Source of the DNA: Candidatus Krumholzibacteriia bacterium
GTDB taxonomy: Bacteria > Krumholzibacteriota > Krumholzibacteriia > Krumholzibacteriales > Krumholzibacteriaceae
Assembly: GCA_963770685.1 (NCBI GenBank)
Contig: CAVYQN010000001.1
Coordinates: forward strand, 3,179 to 67,178
Direction of reading: 5' to 3'
Length of the DNA stretch: 64,000 bases
In this document: piece by piece, positions 1-10,356 of the stretch
How positions within the stretch are numbered: position 1 is the first letter of the stretch
Layout: each line of letters begins with the position of its first letter
Translations under genes and position numbers: made by a program
Notes under the pieces: generated by a model
The model's database searches: none
Seen by the model: only the letters and a program-made list of their open reading frames with translations
What the model was told of the DNA's origin: nothing

Positions 1-25
1 CACAACTTTTTTTAAGAATCAGAAC

Positions 26-55
26 ATAAAAAGGCCGGAGGGCGTTAATCCGGCC
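26..55 (-). terminator. Rho-independent terminator downstream of the 80..736 gene
   Basis: 7-bp stem 33-39/49-55 (GGCCGGA...TCCGGCC) with a 9-nt loop. It is followed on the minus strand by TTTTTAT (26-32). Confidence 0.6.
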
Positions 56-79
56 ACATGGGTCGAGATTCGTGCTTGA

Positions 80-736
80 TCAGTCTCCCAGGCTCTTTAT
101 CGCACCCCAGCTGAAATCCTCGCCGGCCACAATGCCGAGTTTCCCCACTTTAACCTGAAAGGCCAGCCTTGATTGCGTGGGGGGAGGCCCCTCCCATGAG
201 AGAACGGCGTTTGCCTGAAAAACGAATCCGCCGTTGAGATCGGCTCCCAGTATCCAGAGTATATCAAGCCCTGTATTGCCGTCGGCATAAGAAAGATCGT
301 TTATGGCCTCGCCGTTCAGGACGATGTCCCTTATCTCCACGGATGATCCCGGATTGACCGCCCGGGTACGCACGAATATCTGATCGAAATCGAAATAAGG
401 CGTGGTGAATGAAAGGGTCTTCCCTCCGAGCGAGAAGGTCACGATACTTGAAAGGGGATCGTATGAAACCGTGAAAGGCTCGACCATCCCGCTCTGCCAG
501 GCATAATTCTCCGTCTGAGAAGGAGCCCCGGTGTCGCTTCCGACATCCAGCTCGAACGTCGCATATCCTCCAAGATCTCCGATTCTCCCCTCAGCCACAA
601 AGAGAGTATCACTGAGGTACCCTAGCATTTCAGCGTCCGTCGTTACGTGTTCCGTCACCATCTCGGCCTCAGCCGCCGAAAACGCGAACAGGATAATGAA
701 TGATACGGCAGAAATAATTGCCCTGGCAGTAGTCAT
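80..736 (-). CDS. Secreted hypothetical protein (signal peptide, no family recognised)
   Basis: ORF 80..754. The ATG at 736 is preceded by GGAGGGAG. The N-terminus MTTARAIISAVSFIILFAFSAAEA looks like a cleavable signal peptide. The rest looks beta-rich and I recognise no motif. Confidence 0.55.
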   Translation of the reverse strand: MTTARAIISAVSFIILFAFSAAEAEMVTEHVTTDAEMLGYLSDTLFVAEGRIGDLGGYATFELDVGSDTGAPSQTENYAWQSGMVEPFTVSYDPLSSIVTFSLGGKTLSFTTPYFDFDQIFVRTRAVNPGSSVEIRDIVLNGEAINDLSYADGNTGLDILWILGADLNGGFVFQANAVLSWEGPPPTQSRLAFQVKVGKLGIVAGEDFSWGAIKSLGD

Positions 737-905
737 GTCTCCCTCCACCGTCAATTTTCTTTAAACGGGAATCCAGAGTGGAACCTTCGCACCCAAGACC
801 AGACACACTTCGTCTCACTTGTGCGTATTGTATCACATATACCGTTTAATTTCAATATTATATTGAGTTCATCGCATAATTCGTATTAAGACTACAACTG
901 GCGTG

Positions 906-2335
906 TCATAACCGTTCGGCGAGCATTTTCCCGGCGGCGCGCGGATCGGCCCTTCCTTCGCTCTTCTTCATGACCTCTCCGACCAGGAATGTCAGCAGTT
1001 TGATCTCGCCTTTGCGGTAGCGTTCGACAACGTCTGGATTCTCCAGTATTACGGCGTCGACGTATCGCGCGAGCATTTCCGGCGAGCTTATCTGTTCGAG
1101 CCCGAGCCTTTTTATCCCCTCCTCGGCCGTGCACCCGGTCGCCGACATCTCGAGGAATACATCGCTCCCCGCCCTGCCGCTCACGGCGCCTTCACCAACG
1201 AGCTCGACGAGCCGGGCCAGCGATTCGGGGGGACTGGAAACAGTTCCACAGGGGTGCCCGTCCTGTTCAACTCGCCGAGCACCTCCCTCATGACCCAGTT
1301 GCATATCTTTTTCGGGTTGGGGGACAGGGACGCGGCTTTCTCGAAATAATCCGCGACTCCTCTCTCCGCTGTCAGAACGGCCGAATCGTAAGGCGACAAC
1401 CCGTATTCCTCCTGGAATCTCCTTCTCCTGCGATCGGGAAGTTCCGGCATGCGCCCCGCCGTCTCTTCGATGAACGCCACGTCGAGAACAAGGGGGGGGA
1501 GATCGGGTTCGGGGAAATACCGGTAATCGTGCGCCTCTTCCTTGCTTCGCATTGGAACGAGGCGCCTAAGCCCGGCATCCCAGCAGCTCGTCAACTGCGC
1601 GACCGTCCGGCCTGAAGAGATCAGCTTCTTCTGCCTGTCGATCTCGAATTCTATCCCCGCCTCGACCGCCTTCATCGAATTGAGGTTCTTTATCTCGGTC
1701 CTGGTTCCGAGGGACGGCGAGCCCGGCGCCCTGATGGAAACGTTGACATCGCATCTTATCGATCCCTCCTCCATGTTCCCGTCGCATATCCCGAGGTATC
1801 TCATGAGCCTCCTAAGCCCGGCCAGGAATTCAGCGGCTTCCTTTCCGGAACGGAGATCGGGGCGCGTAACTATTTCCACCAGTGGCACGCCGCACCGGTT
1901 GAAATCCACGAGGCTGGAGCCGCCGTCGCCGTGAATCAGTTTTCCCGCGTCCTCCTCAAGATGTATCCTCTCTATCCCGATGGCCGCTCCCTCTTCCCCG
2001 ACCCGAAAGGCTCCCCCGGAGCAGATCGGTTCCTCGTACATCGATATCTGGTAATTCTTGGGGCAATCGGGGTAGAAATAGTTCTTCCTCGCGAATACGC
2101 TCCGCTTCGAGATCGAGCAATCGAGCGCCAGCCCGAGGAGCACGGCCTTTCCCGCCGCTTCGCGGTTAAGCGCGGGCAACGAGCCCGGAAGGCCCAGGCA
2201 CACGGGGCAGACGTTGGTATTCGGCTCATCCCCGAAGGAGGCGGGGCAACCGCAGAACAGCTTGGTCCGCGTCAGAAGCTGCGCGTGTACCTCAAGCCCG
2301 ATTACCGCCTCGAAGGCATCGAGACCGCTCTTCAC
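906..2335 (-). CDS. gatB: Asp-tRNA(Asn)/Glu-tRNA(Gln) amidotransferase subunit B, reading frame broken once
   Basis: ORF pieces 1181..2521 (EAVIGLEVHAQL...FCGCP...) and 906..1304 (YqeY-like tail ...LLTFLVGEVMKKSEGRADP). The GTG start at 2335 lies 1 nt after the gatA stop. The frames join as PVPPESLARLVELV if the G6 run at 1227-1232 is one base longer, giving about 476 aa. Confidence 0.9.
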
Positions 2336-2336
2336 G

Positions 2337-3809
2337 TCATGCCCCCCATTTGCCCGGATCGGGAAGGAATCTCTCCCTGAACCGGAATCGTTCTTCAAGC
2401 CCTCTCGCCGCGCCGAGCAGCATTGCTTCGTTCCCTTCCGCCGCCACGAGCTGCATCCCCATGGGAAGCCCGTCCCGTGACAGCCCGGCCGGTATCGATA
2501 TCGCAGGAAGGCCGGCGACATTCGCGCTTACCGTGAAGATGTCGGACAGGTACATGGCCACGGGGTTGTCCGCCTTTTCCCCCAGCTCGAAGGCGGGAGT
2601 CGGGGTCGTAGGCATCGCTATGATGTCGAATTCCCTGAATATTTTCCGGAAACCGTTTCGCGCCGCCCTTCGGACCTTCTGGGCCTTGATGTAATAATCG
2701 TCGTAATACCCGGAGGAAAGTACGTACGTGCCGAGAAGGATCCTCCTTTTCACCTCTTCGCCGAATCCCTGTCCCCTCGTCTCCCTGTACATCCCTTCGA
2801 TCGTCGGCTCCCCGGCCCTCGAGCCGTACCTCACGCCGTCGAATCTCGCCAGGTTCGACGACGCCTCGGCGTTGGCGAGTATGTAGTAGCAGGCGATCGA
2901 GAGGTCCATGTCGGGAAGTTCGACCGTCGCGAGTCGAGCGCCCGACTCCTCGAGCAATCCGGCTGTCTCGACCATGGAGTCTCTCACGTCCTCATCGAGT
3001 CCCGGGCGGCCGATCCCTTCTGGCACTGCGACCTTCAATCCCCCGAGGCCCCGGTCGATCGAATCGAGCATGCCCCCCGCACCATCGGGGAGAGAGGTGG
3101 AATCCATCGGGTCGCAGCCCGATATGACGTTCATCACGATCGCGCAGTCCGTCACGTCCCTGGCCAGCGGGCCGATCTGATCGAAGCTGCTGGCGAACGC
3201 GACGAGGCCGTACCTCGAAACCCGCCCGTAGGTCCCCTTCATCCCGACGACCCCGCAAAACGACGCGGGCTGCCGTACCGATCCGCCCGTATCCGAGCCG
3301 AGGGCGAAGAGAACCATCCCCGCCGCCACGGCCGCTGCCGAGCCGCCGCTCGAGCCTCCCGGGACGCAGTCCGTATTCCAGGGGTTCCTCGTCTTCCCCG
3401 CCGCGGAGTTTTCGGTCGAGGAGCCCATGGCGAATTCGTCGAGGTTGGTTTTACCCATCAGGATCGCCCCCGCGTCGAGGAGCTTTTTAACGGCGGTGGC
3501 GTCATAGGGAGGCGTGTATCCACCCAGTATCCTCGAAGCGCATGTCGTCGGCATGACGGACGTGCAGATGTTATCCTTTACCGCGAAGGGCACGCCGTAG
3601 AGCGGATATCCCGCGGGATCGAGTTTTTCCAGCTTCCCGGCACGTTCGAGGGCCTCATCGCAGCTCATCCCGATAAAAGCGCCGATAGTCGTTTCCTTTG
3701 CATTGATCTCGTCGATGTACGAGCGCACTACATCGACCGGGCCCACCTCCCCCCGCCCGTACATTTCCTGAAGTCCGAGTATCGAATACGATGTCAAAGG
3801 CTGCTTCAC
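2337..3809 (-). CDS. gatA: Glutamyl-tRNA(Gln) amidotransferase subunit A
   Basis: Intact 490-aa ORF. It carries the amidase signature GGSSGGSAAAVAAG and sits between gatC and gatB. Confidence 0.95.
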   Translation of the reverse strand: MKQPLTSYSILGLQEMYGRGEVGPVDVVRSYIDEINAKETTIGAFIGMSCDEALERAGKLEKLDPAGYPLYGVPFAVKDNICTSVMPTTCASRILGGYTPPYDATAVKKLLDAGAILMGKTNLDEFAMGSSTENSAAGKTRNPWNTDCVPGGSSGGSAAAVAAGMVLFALGSDTGGSVRQPASFCGVVGMKGTYGRVSRYGLVAFASSFDQIGPLARDVTDCAIVMNVISGCDPMDSTSLPDGAGGMLDSIDRGLGGLKVAVPEGIGRPGLDEDVRDSMVETAGLLEESGARLATVELPDMDLSIACYYILANAEASSNLARFDGVRYGSRAGEPTIEGMYRETRGQGFGEEVKRRILLGTYVLSSGYYDDYYIKAQKVRRAARNGFRKIFREFDIIAMPTTPTPAFELGEKADNPVAMYLSDIFTVSANVAGLPAISIPAGLSRDGLPMGMQLVAAEGNEAMLLGAARGLEERFRFRERFLPDPGKWGA

Positions 3810-3833
3810 TCTCGTCTCCCGCTTCTCCGGTAA

Positions 3834-4133
3834 TCAAACCTTGTCCATATCGATGACGGCCGGAACCCTGAAATGCTCCCTGTGGCTGTCGGGAGCCTGC
3901 CCGAGCACAACATCCCTGTCGAGGCATGGCGCCGGGACGTCTTCGCGCATCCCCGTTCCGGCAGTTTCAGTGCCCGTCTCATACGCTTCTTCGCTGATGA
4001 GGGCCTTCTGAACCTTCTCGACGAATTCCAAAATCCCGGACATCTCCATTATCAGCTTTTCCCTCGAATCCGGATCGATTTCGATATTGGCAAGCTCCCA
4101 CAGACGCTCGAGTTCCCTGTCCGTTATTTTCAT
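3834..4133 (-). CDS. gatC: Glutamyl-tRNA(Gln) amidotransferase subunit C
   Basis: MKITDRELERLWELANIEIDPDS... is a typical GatC N-terminus. The ATG at 4133 has GGAG 9 nt upstream. The ORF-track start at 4160 is probably an upstream extension. Confidence 0.9.
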   Translation of the reverse strand: MKITDRELERLWELANIEIDPDSREKLIMEMSGILEFVEKVQKALISEEAYETGTETAGTGMREDVPAPCLDRDVVLGQAPDSHREHFRVPAVIDMDKV

Positions 4134-4181
4134 CGGTGCCGCTCCATTTCCCGTCTTCATGCCGACTTATGACCGTTCTGA

Positions 4182-4210
4182 ACCTATCAGGATTCGGACC
4201 TGTCTGTCAA
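4182..4210 (-). promoter_or_regulatory. Putative sigma70-type promoter of gatCAB
   Basis: On the minus strand: TTGACA (4205-4210), 17-nt spacer, ATAGGT (4182-4187). It lies about 50 nt upstream of the gatC ATG. Confidence 0.35.
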
Positions 4211-4290
4211 CAATCCTCATCCCCGCCCCTCCCGGGCGCCCTCGCCCCATACGGCCTACCGGGCGGCAGGAATGCCGCTGGCGACGACGG

Positions 4291-4320
4291 TTGACCTTCC
4301 TGCCCCTGCTGTATTAGGAT
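4291..4320 (+). promoter_or_regulatory. Putative promoter of the DUF2207-LemA unit
   Basis: TTGACC (4291-4296), 18-nt spacer, TAGGAT (4315-4320). GGAGG lies 7 nt before the ATG at 4351. Confidence 0.35.
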
Positions 4321-4350
4321 GTTCGCGATCAAATAATACCGGAGGCATCT

Positions 4351-6309
4351 ATGACACACGAGAATCGTTCGCCGGGGGGGAAGCGCCGGAAATCGGATGG
4401 CGGGCTTGTTCGACTTTCTTTCGCCGTTATCGCGTTCATGACGGCGTCGCTGTTTTTTACAGGTGAAGCCCTCTCCGACTCGAAACATTACGACCATCCG
4501 GAGATAGGGATAGTATTCCGCCTTCAGCCGGACGGATCGGCCGTCGTCGAGGAAACCCGCGCCTACAGGTTCACTGGAAGCTTTTCCTGGGCGCAATTCG
4601 TCAAAAGCACGGAGGGCGAATACGGGAGATACGGTATAGAGTTCACGGGCGTGCGGGATGCGGACACCGGCGATAGCCTCCCTTTCGAACAAAACCAGGG
4701 ACCCGGGTCCGAGATTCTGAAATGGCATTACTCCGCAAAGAATGAGACGAAAAGATTCCTGATCCTTTACAGGATATCCGGCGCCGTCCAGCGGTACGAA
4801 GACGCCGCGCAGTTTTACTGGAAGGCCGTCGAGGACGAGCACGAAAAGGCCCTGAAGGTTGACCTGGAAATAATCCCTCCCGCTCCGGGAGGCGCTTTGT
4901 TCAAGGTCTTCGTGCACAGCGACGCGGAGCCTGGCACGATCGAGATCGCCGAAGACCGTTCCCGCGCCATCGTGAGCCAGGCTTTTGTTGGAAGGAATTC
5001 CTTCGTGGAGCTTCGCGTTCTTCTCGATCCGTCATTGTTCCCCGGCACGGCATTGTCGGTCGGCGAATCGCACGCAAGCCTGCTGGAAGACGAACGTCTC
5101 GCGACCGAGGCGTGGCGGCGGTCCGAAGAGAGACGCGTCGAACTCGCTTCGCGGAGATCGCGCGGCCTGAAAATCGCACTAGCGGCCGGGCTTGGCCTCG
5201 TCGTTGTTTTCGCGCTTTATTATAAATGGTATTTCGAAAAATACGGGCGCGAATACCGCGTGGAATACGTGAATATTTATGAGCGCCGCCCGCCTGGCCC
5301 GATTCCCCCGTCCGTCCTGCCGGCGATCATGACCCAGCGGGGGGTTCAGATAACCGAAATGTCGAAAAGTTTCACGGCCGCCCTTCTCGACTGCGCGAGG
5401 CTCGGTTACCTCGAGATAAGCGAGAAGGAGGAAAAATCCCTTTTTATCAGGAAAAAGGTTCTCAATTACGAACTGACAGGCAGGGGAAGGTCGCTCCTCG
5501 AAGGACATGAAACGCCGGGGGAAAGAGGCGATCGGCCCCTCACTGATTTCGAGAAGGACGTACTGGATGTCGTATTCCGTGAAGCCGGGGACGGCGCCTC
5601 GGTATCCGGCACTGAGATAGAAAAATGGGCGGCTGGGACCCGGGGGCGCAAGACCCAGTACCTCCTTTTCATGGAGCCTCGCGCCGGCGAACTGCGAAAG
5701 GGATTCGAAAAGGACCACTTCCCGATCGACGATCCGGTCAGCGAGAGGGCGAGGAATCATTTTGTCATACTTACCGTAGTCACGGCCCCACTCGCAACCG
5801 TTATTATATTTTCCCTGACCCGACATCCGTTGTCGTTCGTATTCGGAGGCCTGATATTGATAGGCGGGCTGATTCTTTCCCTGCCTCTCGCTCGACGTAC
5901 CCGCGAGGCCTGTCTGGAACACAAACGCTGGACGGCGTTCGCGAAATTCATGAGCGATTTCTCCGCCATGAAGGAGGCCGGGCCATCCCTCCTTTCAATG
6001 TGGGAAGAGTACCTTGTCTATGCGGCGGCCCTGGGCGTTGCGGACAAACTCCTCTCGAACCTGAAGCTGTTCGCGCGGGAATACGGCACCCCCATCCCAA
6101 CACCCCTCTGGTTTCACCCCCTGACCGCGGCGGGGGCCGGTGCTCTGAGCACCGACGCGATCGATTCAATCGAATCGCTCAACCGCTCAATAAGCAATCT
6201 CCAGAGCCTTTCAAGCGCCCTTTCGACGTCCAGTTCCACCGGAGGCGGATTCAGCGGCGGGGGAAGCGGAGGAGGCGGGGGAGGCGGAGGATCGAGCAGC
6301 GCGGGCTAG
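4351..6309 (+). CDS. DUF2207-family membrane protein
   Basis: 652 aa. It has an N-terminal signal/TM segment, a roughly 230-aa exported domain, a central TM segment, C-terminal TM segments and the family-typical Gly-rich tail GGGFSGGGSGGGGGGGGSSSAG. It sits directly upstream of a LemA gene, which is the usual pairing. Confidence 0.8.
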   Translation: MTHENRSPGGKRRKSDGGLVRLSFAVIAFMTASLFFTGEALSDSKHYDHPEIGIVFRLQPDGSAVVEETRAYRFTGSFSWAQFVKSTEGEYGRYGIEFTGVRDADTGDSLPFEQNQGPGSEILKWHYSAKNETKRFLILYRISGAVQRYEDAAQFYWKAVEDEHEKALKVDLEIIPPAPGGALFKVFVHSDAEPGTIEIAEDRSRAIVSQAFVGRNSFVELRVLLDPSLFPGTALSVGESHASLLEDERLATEAWRRSEERRVELASRRSRGLKIALAAGLGLVVVFALYYKWYFEKYGREYRVEYVNIYERRPPGPIPPSVLPAIMTQRGVQITEMSKSFTAALLDCARLGYLEISEKEEKSLFIRKKVLNYELTGRGRSLLEGHETPGERGDRPLTDFEKDVLDVVFREAGDGASVSGTEIEKWAAGTRGRKTQYLLFMEPRAGELRKGFEKDHFPIDDPVSERARNHFVILTVVTAPLATVIIFSLTRHPLSFVFGGLILIGGLILSLPLARRTREACLEHKRWTAFAKFMSDFSAMKEAGPSLLSMWEEYLVYAAALGVADKLLSNLKLFAREYGTPIPTPLWFHPLTAAGAGALSTDAIDSIESLNRSISNLQSLSSALSTSSSTGGGFSGGGSGGGGGGGGSSSAG

Positions 6310-6370
6310 AGCCGGGACCTGGCGGGCAGGTCCCGGCATACCGTCATCATCACCAGGAAGGCGGCCGGCC

Positions 6371-6940
6371 ATGAATTATCCGGGGATATTTCTTCTGATC
6401 GTCGCATTGGCATTCCCGCTCTGGTGCGCAATCGCCTATAACCGTTTCGTCGCGATGCGCAACAGGTGCATCAACGCGCGATCGCAGATAGACGTCGAGT
6501 TGAAGATGAGGCACGATGTCGTTCCACGCCTCGCCGAGCTCGTCCGCGGATATGCCGCGCATGAAAAAAAGACCCTGGAGGCCCTGGCCGTAGCGCGAGC
6601 CGCGGCGATGCGCGCCGATTCCATTCCAGGCAGGGTCGCTCCCGAAAACGCCCTTTCCTCCTCGATTGCCTGGCTGTTCGCGGTTGCAGAGGGATACCCG
6701 GAGCTCAAGGCCGATGGAAATTTCCTCAGGCTTCAGGACGAGCTGTCGGCGTTGGAGGACAGGATAAAATTTTCACGGCAATTCTACAACGACACGGTCA
6801 TGCGCTATAACACGCTGATAAATCTCTTCCCGAACAACCTCGCGGCCGGTATGCTTCGCTTCAGGGAGGAGCCCTTCTTCGAGCTCGACGAAGAAATCCC
6901 GGGCGAAGCGGCCCGCCAGGACGAGGGGCCGCCTCGATAG
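6371..6940 (+). CDS. lemA: LemA family protein
   Basis: 189 aa. It has an N-terminal TM segment followed by YNRFVAMRNRCINARSQIDVELKMRHDVVPRL ... FYNDTVMRYNTLINLFPNNLAA, which are typical LemA blocks. Confidence 0.9.
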   Translation: MNYPGIFLLIVALAFPLWCAIAYNRFVAMRNRCINARSQIDVELKMRHDVVPRLAELVRGYAAHEKKTLEALAVARAAAMRADSIPGRVAPENALSSSIAWLFAVAEGYPELKADGNFLRLQDELSALEDRIKFSRQFYNDTVMRYNTLINLFPNNLAAGMLRFREEPFFELDEEIPGEAARQDEGPPR

Positions 6941-6969
6941 GCGGCGTCCTCCGCTTCCGGATTCCCTTC

Positions 6970-6998
6970 TTGCCGTACCGCGCCGCCGTTTATATATT
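6970..6998 (+). promoter_or_regulatory. Putative promoter of the PD40 lipoprotein gene
   Basis: TTGCCG (6970-6975), 17-nt spacer, TATATT (6993-6998). Confidence 0.4.
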
Positions 6999-7049
6999 GA
7001 TTCGGCGCCCATCCGTACCATACGCTTCGTATCGCAGTGGAGGTTGTTT

Positions 7050-8081
7050 ATGCGCGGAGTCCTTCGTTCCATCCTGTTCCTATTTCCGGTTGTGCTCCTG
7101 GTTCTCGCCGGCGGTTGCAACGTCCCTTCCCCGGGCGGCGGGGCGGAAGGCTTTCCCGTTCTCAAAGGCGAATATCTGGGTCAGCCGTTGCCCGGGTCGG
7201 AACCGGAATTGTTCGCGCCTGGTATCATCTCCACCGGCATGTTCACCCGCGATATCGCCATGACTCCCGACGGCGGGGAAATTTATTTCACCGCAGTGCT
7301 CGGAAGGTACAGGGTCACCCAGATACTTTTCACCAGATGCGTCGAAGGGACATGGACCGAGCCCGAGGTGGCTCCCTTCTCCGGCAACCCCGATTATATG
7401 GACGCGGAACCCTTCGTCACTCCTGACGGCCGGAGGCTCCTCTTCCTCTCCACGCGCCCCGACTCGGCCGGGGGAGTCCCCGAGGGAGACCAGGAAATAT
7501 GGGTGGTCGACAGATTCGGGGAAGGCTGGAGCGAACCGTACAACCTAGGGGCGCCGGTCAATACGAGAGATCCCGAATTCTTCCCGTCCGTCACGAACGA
7601 CGGCACGGTCTATTTCACGAAGTCGGAAGGCAGAAACAGCTATATCTTCAGGTCGCAAATGCTTGACGGGAAGTTGTCCGAACCGGTGAAACTGCCTTCG
7701 CAGGTCAACTCGACCGGCATGCAGTACAACGCCTTCATCTCTCCGGATGAGAGCTACCTTATATTCTCCGCCGTCGGCAGGGAGGACTGCATGGGCGGCG
7801 ACGATTATTACGTCTGTTTCAGGGATTCCAGCGACTTATGGACCGAGCCGATCAATCTCGGCGCAAAGGTAAATACTCCCGACGCCAACGAGCACTCTCC
7901 TTACGTGTCTCCGGACGGGAAATACTTCTTTTTCATGTCGGCGAGGATCAGCAATAAATTCGACCTCGGCAGGGGTAAACTCACCCGCGGCCTGATGCTG
8001 AAGATGCACAACGAGCCGGCGGGCGGATTGCCCGGAATCTACTGGATGGACGCCTCGTTTATCGAAGGTTTGAAACCATAA
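7050..8081 (+). CDS. Lipoprotein with TolB-like PD40/WD40 beta-propeller repeats
   Basis: GGAGG at 7039-7043 precedes the ATG at 7050. The signal peptide ends with a lipobox-like LAGGC. PD40-type strands recur (TPDGGEIYFT, TPDGRRLLFLS, TNDGTVYFT, SPDESYLIFSA, SPDGKYFFFMS). Confidence 0.75.
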   Translation: MRGVLRSILFLFPVVLLVLAGGCNVPSPGGGAEGFPVLKGEYLGQPLPGSEPELFAPGIISTGMFTRDIAMTPDGGEIYFTAVLGRYRVTQILFTRCVEGTWTEPEVAPFSGNPDYMDAEPFVTPDGRRLLFLSTRPDSAGGVPEGDQEIWVVDRFGEGWSEPYNLGAPVNTRDPEFFPSVTNDGTVYFTKSEGRNSYIFRSQMLDGKLSEPVKLPSQVNSTGMQYNAFISPDESYLIFSAVGREDCMGGDDYYVCFRDSSDLWTEPINLGAKVNTPDANEHSPYVSPDGKYFFFMSARISNKFDLGRGKLTRGLMLKMHNEPAGGLPGIYWMDASFIEGLKP

Positions 8082-8144
8082 CGGTCCGCCTGGGGCGCCG
8101 GGCATCCGCATATCGTGAACCCCGCGGCAGCGGCGTGGGCAGTC

Positions 8145-10302
8145 TTACCTGAAGGTGAAAGGCGCGTAGCTCGCGAGGAATTTCTTCGTGCCGTACCCGA
8201 TGAAATTGACCGATACCTTCATGCCGCCGCCGGTCCCTTCAACGGTTTTGATCGTTCCTTCTCCGTACGACGGGTGAAACACGGCGGCCCCGACCTTGAA
8301 CCGGCTGTCCCTTTTTTCCACCGTCTCGTCATGATCGGCGGGGCCGCAGGCATCATCCACAATGCGATCCATTTCTTTTTTGCCCGCGGCATCCGATCTC
8401 CCCGTGACCAGGCAACATTTATCCGGAATCTCCCCGAGAAAACGGGAGGGGTTGTTGCCCGTCCAGTTTCCGAACTGCATCCTGCTGGATGCGCAGAGCA
8501 GAAAAAGCTTCTCCTTCGCCCGGGTCATCCCAACATAAAAAAGCCTTCGTTCCTCCTCCATCTCCTGATCGCTGTCGAACGATGAATAATGCGGAAGAAT
8601 GCCTTCCTCCAGCCCCGTTATGAAGATGGCGCGGAATTCGAGTCCCTTGGAATTATGAAGCGTCATAAGCGCCACCTTCTCCTCGCCCTTCAGCGAATCC
8701 ACGTCGCTTATCAGGGATATCTCCTCCAGGAAGGCGGCAAGCGAGGGATCCCCCGAGTAAGCCGAGAACCTTTTCGTCTCGTTGAGCAGTTCCTCCACGT
8801 TTTCCGACCGGACCTGTTCCGTGGCCGGATCCTCGGCCAGATGGTTCCTGTAGGAAATCATATCGATCACCGAGGAAAGAACCTCGTAAGCAGTCTCCTT
8901 CATTGCCTTCAGCTGGAGCGTTGCTATGAGCTTCGAAAAGGATTCGATCCTATCCCGGTTCGACGGCGTGAATTCGTCCAGAAATCCGGGTTGCCTGACG
9001 GCGGACAGAAGGTTCTTTTCCCCCGCCGTATTTTCGAGCTTCTCCAGTGTTATTTTCCCGATTCCCCTCCGGGGGACGTTTATCACCCTTCTGAAGTTGA
9101 CGTCGTCGTCGGGGTTGTTGACGAGTTTCAGATATCCGAGAAGATCCTTGATCTCCTTGCGTTCGTAGAATCTGACCCCTCCGATAATCTGGTACGGCAG
9201 CCCTCCCCTCATCATGGCCGTTTCGAGGGCCCTCGATTGCGCGTGCGTCCTGTACAGCACGGCTATCTCGTTTCTCCCGTAACCGCCCCTCAATAGGGAC
9301 ATTATCGCGTCCCTTACCGATGATGCCTCCCCGCCGTCGTCTTCGCAATAGTACAGCCTTATCGGATCGCCGGCTTCCTTTCTTGTCCAGAGCCTTTTTC
9401 CCTTCCTTCCGATGTTGTTGACGATGAGGGAGTTCGAAGCCTCGAGAATATTTCCGGTCGACCTGTAATTTTCCTCTAGCCTTATGATCACGGTGTTTTC
9501 GTACAGCCTGTCGAAATGGAGAATGTTTTCTATCGCGGCCCCCCTCCAGCCGTAAATCGCCTGATCCTCGTCGCCCACGACAAAAAGGTTCCCGTGCATG
9601 GAGGCAAGCATGTCGATCATCACCATCTGAATCGTATTCGTGTCCTGAAATTCGTCAACCAGAACGTACTTGAACTGCCGCGCGTATCTTTCCTTTATTC
9701 TCGGATTCACCGTGAACAGCTCGACCACCCTCGTTATGAGATCGTCGAAATCGAAGGCGTTGCATTTTTTCAATTCCCGGCAGTATCGCCCGTAAACGTC
9801 CGCCTGCAGCTCCTCCACCGCGTCCATGGATTTTTCCAGCGCTTCCTCGGGGGTCACCAGAGCGTTTTTCCACCTTGAAATCCTGTTCCTGAGAATCGAG
9901 GGCGGGTACTCGTCAAGCTTCCAACCCTTTTTCTTGACGATGTCCTTGATGAGGTTCAGCGAGTCGTCCTCGTCGTATATCGCGAAATTATTGTTGAACC
10001 CGATGCTTTTGGCCTCGCGGCGAAGGATTTTCAGCCCGGTTGAATGGAACGTGCCGACCCAGAATGGAGGCGATTGCGATCCCGATCGATTTCCCGACCC
10101 GGCCGCGCATCTCCGCGGCGGCCTTGTTCGTGAAAGTGAAGGCCAGAATTCTCTCGGTGGAGATCTTTTTTTCCCTGATTAAAAAGGCGATTCTCTCCGT
10201 AAGCACCCTTGTCTTGCCGCTTCCCGCCCCTGCGAGGACAAGGCAACGGCCTTCGGTCGCGCGTACCGCTTCACTCTGCTGCGTATTGAGTTCAATGCTC
10301 AT
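8145..10302 (-). CDS. uvrD: UvrD/PcrA/Rep-family ATP-dependent DNA helicase, reading frame broken once
   Basis: ORF pieces 9988..10332 (Walker [20 protein letters not shown], motif Ia [12 protein letters not shown]) and 8145..9857 and upstream (FWVGTFHS..., [21 protein letters not shown], PcrA-like C-terminal tail). The frame switch lies within about 10057-10085. Confidence 0.9.
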
Positions 10303-10356
10303 TTCAAGGCGATCCCCGACCGTCATTCTCAAGGATTAGCGGCCGCAAGAAGGTCG

